This document shows, piece by piece, positions 26,594 through 42,637 of a stretch of 64,000 nt of DNA (position 1 is its first letter; each line of letters opens with the position of its first letter). Location: assembly GCA_012295275.1 (NCBI GenBank), contig CM022670.1, positions 1 to 64,000 of the forward strand, in the 5' to 3' direction. Origin of the DNA: Chrysomallon squamiferum (taxonomy: Eukaryota > Animalia > Mollusca). Below the pieces are notes generated by a model. It was not told the DNA's origin, did no database searches, and saw nothing but the letters and a program-made list of their open reading frames with translations. Both the position numbers and the translations under genes were made by a program.

Positions 26594-29500
26594 GTGTTAA
26601 TACCACTCCTAGAGTAACAATTTATGCATTTTGTCAACCACATAAAATACTTTCAAACATAATTTCAGGAAAGGTTGTTCTAATTCTGGATGATCTGACA
26701 GTTCATCGTAATTGTTTACATGACAAAAATAAATGAATGGTGACACTAATATTAACAAGAAAATGATGCAATTATTAAACTCGTGTCACAGAAAAATATT
26801 CAAGTAAAAGAAAACGTTCATTAAATAAATTATGAAATACAGTCATTAACACTGGTTTGCTATTTTTTTTCTTTTTTCTTTTTTTTTTTTTTAAATCTAA
26901 ATTTACATTATTTTCAATGAACTTCCTCAAAAATAAATGCTTTCCATCTTTTAAAACTATAAAATGTCAAACTAAAATATTAATAAAAATAATCATAATT
27001 TAGAAAATAACTTACTAATCATTTTTATGTGAAATAATTCCAAATTATAAAACATCAGCTTTATTTCTTTTTCTCAAAGTTACTATTTCATCTTCCAACT
27101 TGTGTGAAGTTTTCCGGTTCTCTCAAGAAATAATTCCTACTGGATGTTCTTTTTCACTCTCAGATCAAGTAATAACTGAAGGGTTTTTGAAATGGTGCTA
27201 CTAAAGCAATGCAATTAATGAATGTTAAGAAATTTGCATTGAGAATCTTGTTTGTTTGATATTCTGCTTGAGATCTTTTAACAGCCAGGCCTGTGACTGA
27301 CACATGTGATATTCAAAACGTGTCAAGATTACAAGGATGGAAGTAGCAATGTCTCTCTGTGCTTTTGCTGGCATCGAAAGATTTTCATTCAACATCAGAT
27401 ATTTTTTTAATTTCACTTTATTTCTTCTTCAGTTTCTCTTATCCAGTCCCTCCTTTTCCTTCTCTGAATTACTTATTCCCTCCTCTATTATCCATTCTTT
27501 CCATTTTACTCACTAACTCTCTTTCTCTCCTTCTTCCGTTTCATACTCTCACTCCCTCTTTCCCTGTCTCTCTCTTTCTCTATTTTTCTCTCTCTCCGTC
27601 AAACTGGGATTTGCCATTTATCTTAAAGTATGACAGCGTTTCTAACAGCAATCAACACTACATATTTCCTATCTTTATTACCTGACATGCTAATAATCCC
27701 AGCTGTAAAGATTTATGTGTGGGAAAAATCGGCAGACTGAGAAAAGATATGTAACATTTTATTTCATGTGCAAGTAAAGGACTCTAGTTCCATGCTCACT
27801 TAAGATGTAAGAAAATGTAAGATGATTCTTCCTCATTGCCAATTCTAGCCAATGTTACATTGTGTGTATTTTTAAAAAATGGTACATACTTATCAGGCAA
27901 AAGAGTCAAAAGAGGACTGAATTAAAAACAAAGTTCTTTGAGAGCAGAAGCATATACAAACAATTAAAACAAAAACATAATAACCATTAAGATAACTGAT
28001 ATAATTACAAACACCTTTTTAAATTCTTTTTTTTTTTTTTTTAAATTTTGAATGATTTTTATATTATATATATACATTTGTTGGGTTTTTGTTGCTCTTC
28101 TTCTTCTTCTTCTTTTTTTAAAATTTTGGCATTAAAATGTAAAAATCATACCAATATCATTTTCAAAAATGTTGCTAATACCTCAATGCTTTAACAATGT
28201 CTGATTTGAAATCTTTAAACAAAACATATTGCCAAACACTGACTTAAGAAATCACTTCCAAAATAACTTTTAATTACAGGTTTCTTGTTTTACCTTTGAT
28301 GTGTTTTATGACCAAAACATCAAGCATCTGAGATTACAAATTACAGAAAGTAGTATTACATACAGTAAATGTAAAAGTTAATAAAACTGGTGTATACAAA
28401 GGAAAACGTTAGAATAAATTAAGTAATAATAAAAGTAAATCATCAATACATTAATTTAGTTTTAAAAATCAAATTATAAATAATAAATATATGTGAGAAA
28501 GATTGAGGAACAATTTATTTATTTATTTTATTATTTATTATTGTATATTTTTTATTATTACTATTCAGTGATTACTATTGTTATTACTGCTTTATGTTTT
28601 AAGAAATTTAAACTTATTTCCTTTTTGCCATTTTGTAAGAAAAAAATTAAGAGAGATTTTGGGTTGTTTTTGTGGGTTTTTTAGATTTGTTTGGGGGGCT
28701 TTTGTTGTTTTTTATATTATTATTAGCTGCTTATTTGTTTTTCTTCTCTCTCTTTCTTAAACCCACTTGAACTGTGGTCAACAATTTATCTTACAAGCAT
28801 GAAACTCAAATAAGTGTCTGTCTGCTGTAACTTCAGGCAACAAGATCGTATTTGAAACTGAGACCAGAACTAATGCTGGCCATTACATTTCCTGTTATTT
28901 CAGAAACTGGTATGGATCCACAAAATTCTTCAAAACTGTCAATAATTTCTTTACCTTAGACTGTTGTATATGTAAGTGTGAGTGATCTGAAGAGAGAGGA
29001 AGTAAAATATACAAGTGACAGGAGCATATCCAGGATTTCTGAAAAGGAGGGGCTTTCACTGGCATTGGTGTAATTTTCAACATGAATATTAGATAAAGAA
29101 AACAAAAGTCACTAGCAGTTGAAGACATCCTTTGAAATTATGCATGACTGAATAACAGGGTTTTTGGGGGGGAGGTTTTAATAAAGTTTTGCAGGAATTA
29201 TTTGTTATCTTCTTCACAATCAATGGGGATATCAACAAGTAAAGCAAAATATGGAACTACAAAAGAAATACTGGATAGAAAAAAATGATACACAAGATAT
29301 TCTGTTTTAACTGATGGTATCATGACTACAAAACAGGTCATCTGAGTACAAGGAAAGTAAAATTCACATAATTGTCACTGAACAAATTATTACTCCTGTC
29401 ATCACAACAGAAAGGAGAGGTCTAGGTTTAGTTTTGTTTCATTAGAATGGTGACTATATTTTTGGTTAAAATATTTTATATTTATTGTTCTTGGGGTGTT

Positions 29501-31844
29501 TTTAAAATTTTTTTTACATTTAGTTAAACTATCTTATACTGATGATGAAAAGTGATTATTTTGTGTGTGTGTATTTGTGCACATATGTACATATATGTGT
29601 GTGTGTGTGTGTGCATGCATGTGTTCTGCTGGTGGTGATTTTATGTTTTGTTTTCATCAAGGTTTTATGATATTTATATTTAATTAATTTAATTTAATTT
29701 TTATTTTTTAATTCACTTTAATTTTTATTATCACTGCTCTCCTCCTACTATTATTATTATTATCATCATTATTTATTTATTTATTTAACAATTTTTTATA
29801 TTACTTTATTTTGTTGTTTTTTTAAAACCTGAAGACATTTAATTTTTTCCAGTCACTTTAACGGAAAAGTGGCCAGAATAATCAGCCTGATCATTTTTTG
29901 AAATCTGTTTACCACTTGTTTACCAGTTCCTTGCATCTGACACTGCCTGGTCCCATCAGCACTGCCATGTCTGGTTGTAACAACAGCACTGTTACTTAGT
30001 AAAAACAGTTAAAAAAAAAACAGTGTGTTTCAGTGACCCTAAGGGAAAGCATTTTATGTCAAAATGGAATAATCTTTCTTACATAATTAAAGTTATCAAC
30101 ATTTCGGGTTATCATATTGCATTAAATTATTGATCTTTTCTTCTACCTTTTTATAAAAAATAAAATAAAATAAAATAAAATTCTTCTATTTTTTTTTTAA
30201 CAATATAAAAGAACAGTCATATGAAGATTTATTTTTCTATTATGTGTACAAAATTTCTAGAATTACAACTAGCATCACATCAGTACTCCATTGTATGCCA
30301 TGATTAAGTTTTGTGATTAATCATAGTGTGCACTTTCCTATGTATGGAAAGGTTTATATAAAATTCCCTTACTGGTAATGGAAAAAGAAAATTCAGTGGG
30401 TGTTATGTGTATTACTTTCTTATTATCTTCAAGGCACTCAAACATGATTGCATCTAATAATAGATTACAAAAATATGCAAAATATACTTTTATTTTAAAA
30501 GAAATTCATAAAATATTATTATCAATAATTATAGCAAAAAAAATGATTATTTTGTATTATTTCTGCAGCATTTCAAAATATATTTATATTAACTGTCATT
30601 TGGTGTTAATTATGAATTTTTAATGTAAGTGTAAGAGTGAAATAAAATGAATAAAAACAGAAAGAAAAACATCCAAAAACATGTCAGAATATAGCCAATA
30701 TTCCAAAATTATTTTTATAAATTCTTTTTATATTCCTTTTTCATTAGTTCTCTGATGCAGCCTTTTTACAAATTCAGCAAAATAAGCTATTTTATCATTT
30801 TTTCTCATTCCCCTGACATTTTTTAAAAAGAAAATAATTTCTTCATTACGCAAGTCACTTACATTGATGAATAGAGCTGTGGAATTTTCTTTCACATTTC
30901 CAGTCCTTCAGGAATAATTTTTACAATTTTCTATAGCAGCACTTAGTATGATTTTTCAAAAGAAAGATATTAAAGAAAAGTGAAAAAAAAAAATCATTTA
31001 AGTTTGATATTCTGCTTGAACTGCTTCATCATTTGAGTTTGTCACCAAATTAAAAAGTGATATTTCAAAGTGCTATTTAGCCATCACGATGCATTCAGAA
31101 AATAAATGGAAACTTATACTCATTAAAACTTGTGTGGCCCTCAGACAAGGTGACTCTAACCTAACCAACAAATGAGCACAGTTTGCTGGTCAGTAAGTTT
31201 TACCAAAACACCCAAATGGTGAGGAACTAACAATATCAGTTGTTGTTTTTTTCCAATCCAACAAGATCTCCAAAAAATTTGTTTGTATTGATTACATCTG
31301 AAATTGTTTTCTTTTCTATTCTTTTTAGTAGGCAATTCTGTAACTGTTACCCTTTTACCTATTCTTACCAATAAACAAGAGATTTTTATTGACTTTATCT
31401 CACATATTATAACCTTCATTAGGCAACTTTCAGCACAAAAAAAAGTATCTGTTTGGTGTACTAAGAATATTGATCCTTTATGCATCATCATGCTAACAAT
31501 CTAACCACTGGGCTGAAAGCTCATATACAGCAGACAGGTTAATATGTAATGTTGGAGATTAGAATCTTTGTTCATTTGTTGTCATAAAAATTATGAGTTT
31601 TTAATGTTATCATAGCTTATACAAGAAAGCAAGCAGAGATTTCATTATACAAAAATTACTTACTTACTCATTACAAAAACAGATGCCTTGCTGCAGGCAA
31701 ATTTATCTACTGCACAATTATCTCTAGTATTATTTATGATGATATGTTGAAAAGTGCAAGATAATATGTGTAACTGTATATCAAAAGCACTTACATGAAT
31801 GTAAGTAATCTCAAGTTAAAAAACAAAATGTATAATGGAGCCAA

Positions 31845-31932
31845 TATATGTATGTGTTTATATATATATATATATAAACACATACATGTGTGTGTGTGTA
31901 TGTATGTATGTATGTATATGTATGTGTATGTA

Positions 31933-31965
<33 letters not shown>

Positions 31966-32042
31966 ATATGTATGTATGTGTGTATGTGTGTCTGTGTGTT
32001 TATCTATATACATGTACATACATACATATATACATACATATA
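31845..32042. repeat. Compound (TA)/(GT)/(TATG)n microsatellite
   Basis: Direct inspection. Confidence 0.9.
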
Positions 32043-35000
32043 GTCATTTTTTTTTTACATTTTATATGTAAAAGCATCCATATCATTAAGAGTTTTAACA
32101 TTAGCAAGGTCATAAATGACATTACCTATTTGCACTGCATGAAATAGAAATTCACTAAATGTCAAAGTCATTAAAATGCTGTAGTTACATTAGAGCCATT
32201 TAGAAAATTAATCATTTTATTGGATACTGTTTTATCATTTTAATTTTAACTTTCTAATGTTAGCCTTAAAACTACATACTAAAAATATCCAGAGTAATTT
32301 CTGTCTTGTTATCCATTTGGAACTTAATCTTGTGTAAATATAATTTATTATTTATTAAAAAGGCATCTTTTTAATATAATATTAAAAAGAAAGATAGAAG
32401 CAAAAAGCAAAACCAAATTTTAATATCATTTTTCTTTTTACATTCTAGTATTTAGAAGAAAACTGAAAATTTGAGTTTATTCAAACTAAAAGAAGGAAAT
32501 CTGATTTTCTCCTATTTTTTTTCTTTGCTATCAGTGCTTCCAAAGAAGAATATTAAGAATTTCTATCTAAATATCACCAGATATGAATGACAGAAAGAAA
32601 GAAAGTTAATACTGTCATGTTTCCGTTTCTCTCCAGCCACTAAAGAGAAAAATTCAAAATGGTTGACAAAACCATATAATTATAACCAGGTTTCAAAAAA
32701 AAATTAAGAATGAAACTAAATAAAATTAATATTATTTTGATTTCTCTGACAATATGGAAGAAAAATGTAAATTCCAAGATCAGAGTGAAGACTGTCACAT
32801 TTAGAAGAAGAAGAAAAAAAGAAAGAAGAAAAGAAGTTAATATTATTTCTGATTATGTCCCAGCACTATGAAGAAATATTGAAAACTGTTGATTCTACTT
32901 GAAGACCAGAAAATGTAGATTAAATTCCCTGTAGACATTTTATCTGTTTGATATTCAACACAGCATCTTTAAGTGTCCAACTTGACTATCTGAATTATGA
33001 GCAACAATTTTTCATTTATGAAAAGATATCAAGGAAGATCTCTAAACGGCAATGAAGAAATATTGAAAAATTGTATGAAATTATCAACTGATAAAAGTCT
33101 GTCAGTGAAAGAAGGAATGACTATAAAGTTCCAGCCCCTGAACAGCTTTGTCAAGAAAATTCATGGTATGTGTTTTTTAGTTTACAGAAAACTGAATATA
33201 GATTCTAAATTGCTTATTGACAAGTATCCATGAAGGGGTAACAAGGGTTTTCTTCTTGCTTTTAATTAAAATTACAAAGGTATATTGATTCAGAAACCCT
33301 TAATACAAATCTGAAAATCATTAAAAGTTTCTGTTTGCTAGAGTTAAACAAATGTTCAAACTTTTCAGTATTTGGAATCCCAAAAAAATATTCAGTTACA
33401 ACAGCAGAATCTTTCTGCAATTACTACAAACAAAATAAATTTAAAATATTTTAGCTCAGAGCTACATGACTGGACATTCACACATATAAAATTGAAGAAT
33501 GAAAATAGTTTTCTGATGAAAGAAAGCTAAAGATTATTCTTATCCATTGTTAAAAGCAACAGTTAGCTGATGATGATTTTAAACTTCAGCCATGATCAGC
33601 AGTTTAAATTTTGGTCATTTTGTTCATGGGAAACTTTCATTTCTTATTATTGAATATTCTATTTATATTTTTTATACCAAAGTCAAGATAGGTACTGAAA
33701 GTATTAAACAGCCATTAAAGTAATGATGATTAATCATTGAGAAAAACAAATATCCAAAAAATAAAAATAATAATTATTCAAAATTATTGATTAATGGAAA
33801 TCAACTAACAGAAGAAGTTTTATAATGTCAACAATTAACAGTGACTGTTAATCAAGTCTTTTCATTGGTTACTTTTATTAATGGAAGAATCTGGTTTTAC
33901 TGATGATACAAATCATTTTTGTTGTCATATCTTTCTACTTTTTTACTAATTAAATCATTAAACAGTAAGTAATTTCCAGAATAAATCATTAAATATCATA
34001 ATATACAAAAGCAAAATGCTGCTTCCAAGTACACATTGTACATTAAAAAACATTTTAATACTTTTTACCTCAGTTAACCATTTAAAATTATTATGCACAC
34101 AGTGATCTATAAATTCAAAAATCCCCAGTCACAATTTATTGTTCAATTCATTACAGAAAGCTATAATCAATAAAAACAACACAAAGCTATGAACAAACAA
34201 TCAGTGAATTCAGAAATAAAATATTCAATGCATCATCTTTATTTATATGAATGCATGTAGGCATATCTGATTCATTTACACAAAATAAAGGTTTTCGTAC
34301 TCATTAACTGGCAAACATTGAAAATAAATCAGAATGGAACATTTACCAAACAAATGTTATTAAGAAAAGAAACAAAAAATGTATAACAGTGAAAATACAT
34401 TACCAATAATGATGATGGTGATGATCACTATAGACAGGTCAACACATATTTTAGCCTTTGGTTTATCAATCACAGGTTACTGCATGGATGATAATAAATA
34501 AATAGGATACCTAAGAATAAATTATGCTTGTCTTGCCCAGATATAATAAAAGACAGCAAAATATACTAGATAGGAACAATGGTATATGTAGTGTTTTGTA
34601 AGAAAAAATTCAAAGACAATATTTAGATATTTGTACACAGATTCAGCCATGTCAACATATATACATAACATATATCACACATATATATATTTTCATTTTT
34701 CATACAGTGTAGCTTAGTAAGTCACTGGGTTAGCAAGGCATTTCAACAAAAAAAGAAAATGATAAAACAAGAAATGAATGTTTATTGACCATATAAATAA
34801 AAACAATCAGTAAAGTATAAAGAAAGGAAAAAACAAAAAAAAGGTTTAAAGATAATAAATCAAAAACTGATAAAAAGAAAATTAAAAAAGATGAAAGACA
34901 AATGAAAGAAAGCAACTGATGACAGAATGAAATAAATGAAACTACAATTTAAAAGAAAGACAGAAAAAGAGAGAAGAACAGTTAAAAAGACAGATGAGAA

Positions 35001-38000
35001 GAAAAAAAGAGAAAAATCACAAAGCCCTGGGAGATTATTTTTGGTGCATCCATTTTGCTAAACGTATGCTGTCTTTCTTGAAAGGTCTTGAAAATCTACA
35101 ATTAATTTATTTCTATTTTATTACAGTTCAATCTTGAAATGTGCAACATTGATACATTCCAGTCTGGAGGAATGACTGCCAAAGTCATATTAAATGCCTG
35201 AAGAAAATCTCTTAAATCATTCAAGCATATTGAGCAATTTGTCAGGCTAAAAAAAAATTAAAAAGATGGCAAAAAGCCATCTTGAGGAAAAAGAAAATAC
35301 CTTCGGCAAGTAATGTATTTACAAGTCCTTACACCATCAGCTGAGAACTGAGAACCATTGAAACGGCTGCTGTGTCGACAGTAATCACCATACTTAACAA
35401 AGCCATCGTATCAATCATGTCACTACATCATTCAATCAGGATCTTAATAGGATATCATTGGCTTTACCACCGTTTCCTTATACTGCTATGCTGATACATC
35501 TTGACAAATAATCAATGTTTCAGATCAGATAAAAGAAAATAAAGGACAAATTGATTCATGTCACAGATTAACATCATTAAACTAAATTTTAATTAAATAT
35601 AAATATTATGTTTGTATGGTTTCATTCATGAATACCATAACAGTTGTGACACTGAGGTGGCAGACTATCAACGCTGCTGGCCAAATTTGCTAGGATAGTT
35701 TGGGGATGTGCTCCCCCTTGAAAAATTGAAAATCTATTTTAATGGCTCCAAAACATTATAAATAATGTGATAAAATGTGTTACTGTTTTATATATTTTCC
35801 AAGGAAAAAAAATGTAGGTTATTTATCAATGACTATTTAGCATATCTTTGCAGTCAAATTGTACATCTGTATACAAATCTATTATTAATTTATGACAACA
35901 AAACATATTTGGACCAGGACCATTTTGCAATATAAATAAAATTATGAAATGTGATAAAATCCTTTGCATGGTGATCTCAATTCGTCAAATCACTGGGTTG
36001 ATGGCTGTTACCCCTGCCATCAAAAACCCATAGAAATTCTGCATGAATGTGCCTGTTTACTTATATGTTCTGAACAGTAAATAAATTTATTGCCTTTTAA
36101 TTACCATGTTGAAACTCCATGTTTATTGTGGATCAATGATGATTATAATGACTAAGCAAGTGATATTTTAGTTAAATGACCTGCACTCTAACATGATTTG
36201 ACCTAATGGCTTACCATGCTTCAGACAAGAACTCTATTAGGACACTTCATTCAGTTCTTTTGGTAACTGCCATAACAGATACAGACAGTCAACCCAATTA
36301 AAGATGTAAAATCTGTGGATTACCAACACAAATTATTCAATGTCAAAAAAAAATAATAATAATAATAATAATAAATTTAAAAAGTTATAAATAAAGAAAA
36401 TATGAAAAAAAAATTAAAATTTTAAATCTGAACCAAATTAACAAACTTTGACAGATATTAATATATTAGTAATTGAAGTAAGCAACAGGCATATACACAC
36501 ACTGAGGAAAACTTGAATCAGATTAATCAAATTACAACAAGTATCTAATAATTAGACACTAAACAGATCAATTCAGTTAATTGCCAACATCCAGCATCCC
36601 TCTAAGTATCATTTGCAAGTGATACTTTATTAATGAAAATCCAATCAAATGCACAATGACATTAATAGAACTGAATCCAAACAAAAACAAACCAAAACAA
36701 TTTTTTATATATATACACGATATTGTTTTACAAAAATAAAAAAATTTTAATTAAAAAATTATTTCTTAAAATCAAAATGGTGTTAATGCCTACAGCTGTA
36801 CATGAAGACATATCAACCTGAAAATGACAAAATGTCTTCTAGGTTGGTTTATTTTTTAGAACAACATGACAAAAACGGCTGGTGAAATTTGTCTTCAGGC
36901 CTTGCTAAAGAGTAAATAATCAGAGAGTTCTCCACACATTGATATTACTGGTAATTTATTGTCACCCCCTGATCAATAACATTTTCACTTTCCAACATTT
37001 CCCTCTGAACAAACATTATTTTTATTGACTATCAAAGATAAATATTTTAAGTGTGGAACAACCAAGTCATAATTTGGAAGAATAAGTTGGGTCTTGAAGG
37101 GGTTTTTTGTTGGTTTTTGTAGATAATTTAGATCCATTTCTTTCTATATTTATTTTTTACTTTTCATTTTTTTTGCATTATAATTTTTTTTTTATTAATT
37201 TTGAAGTTTATCATATTTCAATTTACAGGGATTTTCCTCCATTTTCTTCTTATTTAAATTTTTAGAATAGTTATATCATAATGCCTACTGAAAAAAATTT
37301 AGAATGTCTGAAAATTTGTCTGTAATTATATATGTATGCATGTATTATTTGCATGTTTATACAGTATGAAATACACACAAAATGCAACATAACAACCCTT
37401 TTGAACATATTACACTCTGATGCACTCAGACATGTATACATATAAAAAGGACATACACATATTTACATTCCGTGAATAACAACATAATTAAAAAAAATAA
37501 ATGACTAAATTCCAAATTTAAAATCAAGAAGTGTTATCTCATGTATCCAGTTCTATTTGATGAAAATGTCATATCTCAGCATGGCTCTCTTTGATGTAAA
37601 AACTATAAAGTGGTGCATGGAATGAGAGACATTCCTTGGAGGACAGATCACATTTTACACAAGACTGGCACTACTCACTGGCTTTCACTTTTCTCTATTA
37701 GATTATGAAATATGAAATTACTCACAAAACCTTCATTATGAAATGAAAAAGTATAGAACTTATCCACCAGAAAGATTCAAAATAATCACAAACAGGCATA
37801 TAATCTTTTTCAGTTTAAAATAGAACAATTTTGTTTTTGTGGAATTATAAGTAAATAATCTATTCCCTGACTGTCCAACAGTTTATTACTGATTTGTGTT
37901 TGATTTTTTTCCTTTATTTTAATAACATTTTTTTATAACAGAGCATTTCAAAAATAATATTCCAAGATATGTGCATGCTGTAGAATTAAAATGTGTGTAT

Positions 38001-38933
38001 GTGTGTCTATACACACACATATATATACACACATACACACACACATACACATACACATGCACATACACATGCACATGCACACATACACATACACATACAC
38101 ATACATATACAAATTTACTTATATTAAGCCTTCAATTTTAATTAAAACTTAATGTATGAAATAAAACTGAAAACAAATAGTGTAATTTAAAAAAAAAGAG
38201 ATGAAATGTCCACAAAAACAAACTTTACACACACATGAATGTGAAAATATATTTTTTTTAAATAATAAAAATGCAGATGATTTTAATACATAACAGTAGA
38301 TGTGTCTGTTCCTAAGTATTCCTTTGTGTGTCTGATTAAAAAAAAAAGAAAAAAACTGAATGATGTTGATAAAGTATCTCTTTCTTATTTCATTATTTTT
38401 TCCCCTAAATTCTTGACATCAATAATCAATTACATCTCTTTCTTTCTTTATCATGATTCTGCCTTGTATCACTTTAAAGAATTTATTTACCTCAGCATCA
38501 AATATATATAGAAACACACACAAACACACACCCATACACAAAACAGCTAATGTAAATATTGTATCATTCATTGAAACAATATGCTTTAAATTATGTTATT
38601 AAAATAATAATTCAAAGTATTTAAGTTTCTAACATGAGCAGACAGTGGATAAAACCATTCTCTGAGGGAACAATACCAAATAAAAACAAAAACAAAAAAA
38701 TAGGAAAGAAAAACCCAACTGGTATTCTTTTGTAGTGTTGAGTAAGTATGTAAATAATTGCACAGTTTTTTAAGCAAGAGAGCAAATATAAGGTTTAGTA
38801 TATAAACCTTATGGAAAATTCAGAATTCATTAATGAGTTTACAATTATGATTGTTAAAAAAAAAATAATAATAATGAAGTAAAAAAAAATAAATATATTA
38901 TAATAATAATAAAAAATAATAATAATAATAATA

Positions 38934-38975
<42 letters not shown>

Positions 38976-39383
38976 TTTAAAAATATTATGTTTGTATATT
39001 TTTTGAATACATTTTGTCCCTGTTAATGAATATTTCAATGTTATATATTTAAATAAACCATATTAAACTTTTGAATCTATACTATAAATATAAGTGAATA
39101 TAAAAATGTTTTTATTGTCATTTTTCTGGGATTTTTAATTAATATTCTGCTAACATAATGTAAAAGCTTAATAAGCCAATTTTTAGAATTTTGCATTAAG
39201 ATATTTTGAAAAACAAATAATTAATTACTAATTTATCATTTTAAATCTCCATCATTTATTTCATTTTTTTGTATTAATCATAATAAAGCAAAAAAAATTC
39301 TGTTAAATTTAAAGGAACTGCTATGATTGATTAAACAATATTAAACTTTATAATTTAAACAAATACTTTAATCATAATTAGAT

Positions 39384-39386
<3 letters not shown>

Positions 39387-39464
<78 letters not shown>
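39387..39464. repeat. (GA)n microsatellite
   Basis: Perfect GA run. Confidence 0.95.
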
Positions 39465-39467
<3 letters not shown>

Positions 39468-39669
39468 GATGTTCTGTTGTTGTTTTTTTATATAAGAAAT
39501 TTAAAAGTAACTTACCAATGATGATTATTTTCAAGTTAATTACAAATGTCTTGAAATAATGTCCCAAACTGCTAACAACAAGCTGCAGTCATGAAGCAAA
39601 ATTAACTGCCAGTACTACACAGTCTGATGCTATTTCTAACAAATATTGTACTCCACTGAGATAGAGTAC

Positions 39670-40012
39670 TACATCTGGTATATCACAGTTCACACTATGA
39701 CAAACATGCCACAGGAAAGTAAATTATACATATATTAGTCTGGTATATCACAGCAGAATAAGATACTATGACAAATATATCACAAGGTATTATATCCTCT
39801 ATCTCTCAGTTCACAAGTGCTCACTAACAAATTAATGCTACATCTACTGGGCTAGTTTATCACAGTAGAAAAGATACTGTGACAATATTTCACAAGGTAT
39901 TATATCCTCTGTATCTCACTATTCACAAGTTCTCACTAATGAATAAATGCTACATGTCACAGCAGAATAGATACAACAAATATACCACAAGGTATTATAT
40001 CCTCCGTATCTC
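39670..40012. repeat. Degenerate ~100-110-bp tandem repeat, about 3 copies
   Basis: CACAAGGTATTATATCCTC recurs near 39781, 39891 and 39986, with shared flanks (TCACAGCAGAATA.GATAC, TCACTAA). Confidence 0.8.
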
Positions 40013-42596
40013 CCAACCCACTAATTTAACCATCTCAGTCACACATCACTACAAGAGTCTACATCACAAAATTACCTCACTCGGTAAAGTGGATAAGGAC
40101 GATACCGTACCAGATTTGCAGCAATTTTCACTGACTAAATGGAGCCAAATTGCATTTCTACTTCTCAGGAATAATAAGCGAGGGTTTAAAAAAAGAGAGA
40201 GATTGAGTGAATGAATAAATAATCGAAATTAGTTACTGAAGTAGAGAAGTGGTGTCAGTACTGGAACCTGGTCGCCTGCCTTTGAAATGTGGTTAAGTGT
40301 TATTGATCTCAGCAAAGTATTGCTGGTAAAAAAAATAAAAATAAAAAAAAGGTTTTAGCCGATTCTACCTGTTAACATTAACATTTTTTTCAGAACAGTT
40401 AGTTCTTTAATACAAGCACAGTGCTATTTTAAGCACAATTTTAGTTATAAGAGAATGTTCTTTTTTCTTCCTGACTTTATTATTTTCATTCTAAATTGGT
40501 ATATATTATTGCATTACATTATTATATTAATTAGGATATTATAAATTTACACTATGTTTTTACTTATTTGTTAGATATCTTATATCACATATTTCTTACA
40601 TAATTTTCAGTATTTTCAGATTCCAGCTGCCTCATGTAATGCTGCTGACTTAACCCAGTACCATGGTGTTATTTATATATCTGTTTATACACAAGTAGCT
40701 GATAGTGATAACAGCAACACACCCTATAGTAGGTTCATGTTGACATAAAATACACAGTTTATACTGGTGATAAATGTTGGTTGAAAGTATGTTTATTAAA
40801 TATTTAATATTTCTTTCTTGATAAAAAAATTTGATGAGTAAAAATAATTTAATATTTTTATGCTGTTGGAATTTGTTTTTTAAATATTTTTTATAATTTT
40901 TTTGTTGTTGTTTAATACATTATATATATTTCTTTCTTTCTTTCTTTCTTTTTATTCACTTGTTTTGGGGTTTTTTCTTTGTTGTTGTTTCTAAAATGAT
41001 TTATTATTTCAGTTTTTACATTTAAGACAAAAATGAAATTATAACCAGTTCTTTAGATAAATTAAATATAATTATTTTATATTTTTATTTCACTATTTAA
41101 TAATTTTATGTATAGAAGTCAGTATTTCAGTATGTTTATTCATCAAAGAAATAAAAATAAAATTGTTATTTTTATTTTGTTTAAAATTTAATGTACATAT
41201 ATTCAGAGACAATAATTCAGTTAACTCAGTTGTAATTATTAATGCTATAATTTCTATTAGTTTTTGTTTATATATGCATTATAAAATTGTTGTTCAGTTT
41301 TGTGAGTTTTAAGTTTGTGTGCATGTGTATGTGTGTGTGCATGTGTTTGTAAGTGTGTGTCCTGTATAAAATTTCATGTGTACATTTGGTTGTTTGTTAA
41401 TTTGTCTAGTATTAGTAATAATTTATATGTGAAAATATTAGGTTATGGAGACTACCATACAACATGAGATATTTCTTGGCCAAGTGTTATTTTAAATGTG
41501 TATCTAATTAAATCATTATCTATTCTTTAATAGTTAACAGTGAGAAAAAGGCAATCCTTTTCAAAAAAATTAGCTATTTTAGCTCCATTATACATTCTCT
41601 AATAATTTTAAAGTCTTAAAATTCCAATGTTAATTTTAAAAACTTTCATTTACATAGTTTATGAATTCCTGTGAGAATTAACTAAGTGAACAATATTAAA
41701 ATCATTAGTATTACTAATGACTTCACATAGTAAAAGCCCAGTTCAGGTATGTAACAACATTTACTGATCAAAACACACTGATGATGCATTTCATGTTCAT
41801 CCAAATGCAACAATACTCTATCAACTGAATATCAATACATCACATTGAAAAGGAGTAACCTAAAGCCTTAAAGTGAACTTAAGTGGAATATGTTTGAGTA
41901 TGTTTCAATCAAAATCAGTAATAAGTCCAACATACTTACTTTTCATAAGCAGTATCCCATATTGTCAGAGTTTAACAATACGGTGAATACCCCGACATTA
42001 TGATTATGACGGGTTAAATTTACAGTGAAGTTACAGTACTAAAGCACACGTTAAAACATTAAACAGAATTTTGGGATATAAAAATTAATTTATATGCTAT
42101 TTCTGTGCTCACAACAATGACGGTCTCTCTATATACGAACATGTAAGAATATAATAATTATTTTATATCTGTTTGCAAATTCAAGTCAAGGAATCAACAT
42201 TCTTTGAACGATGGCAGATAATCATACTGAGAAAAAAATTAAATACTCCGTTTGTCCGTCCTATTTTAATATTTATGATCGACGTTAACTTCATGGATCA
42301 AATGCTATCAATTCCATACTTATAAAGTTAATCATTTATTATTTCCTGACCACTCTACAAATATTTAAATATGCCATTTTCATTGACAAATCTGCAATAT
42401 TCATTTTTAAAAATCAAATATGTACGATATAAAGCGTATCACGAAATAACCTCGATCTCCTTTCATTTTGTAACGTTTAATTACTTATGTCTGAGAATTC
42501 ATTATAATTGTTTTTTAAAATTATTTTATACAGCCACCGTTATCCGAAGCTTTGATATATATGATCAATAACAAGTGAAATTACATTAATACTTAC

Positions 42597-42637
42597 TTTC
42601 TTTTGAAAAATAACAGCGGTCTCACCGTCGAAGCCAT
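42597..42637 (-). CDS. ZCCHC10: Probable ZCCHC10 coding exon 1 (MASTVRPLLFFKR|N)
   Basis: ATG at 42637 in a CpG-retaining, promoter-like region. 41 nt ending at a GTAAGT donor, phase 2, which matches exon 2. Length and character resemble the short basic N-terminus of vertebrate ZCCHC10. Gives a 160-aa protein. Confidence 0.75.

Noticed and set aside
27719-27732. 14-nt match (GTGGGAAAAATCGG) to the reverse complement of the satellite
   Set aside because: A single short match with no flanking similarity, compatible with chance.
41778-41830. Box C/D-like TGATGA…CTGA
   Set aside because: It is antisense to the host intron, has no terminal stem and has no recognisable rRNA guide.
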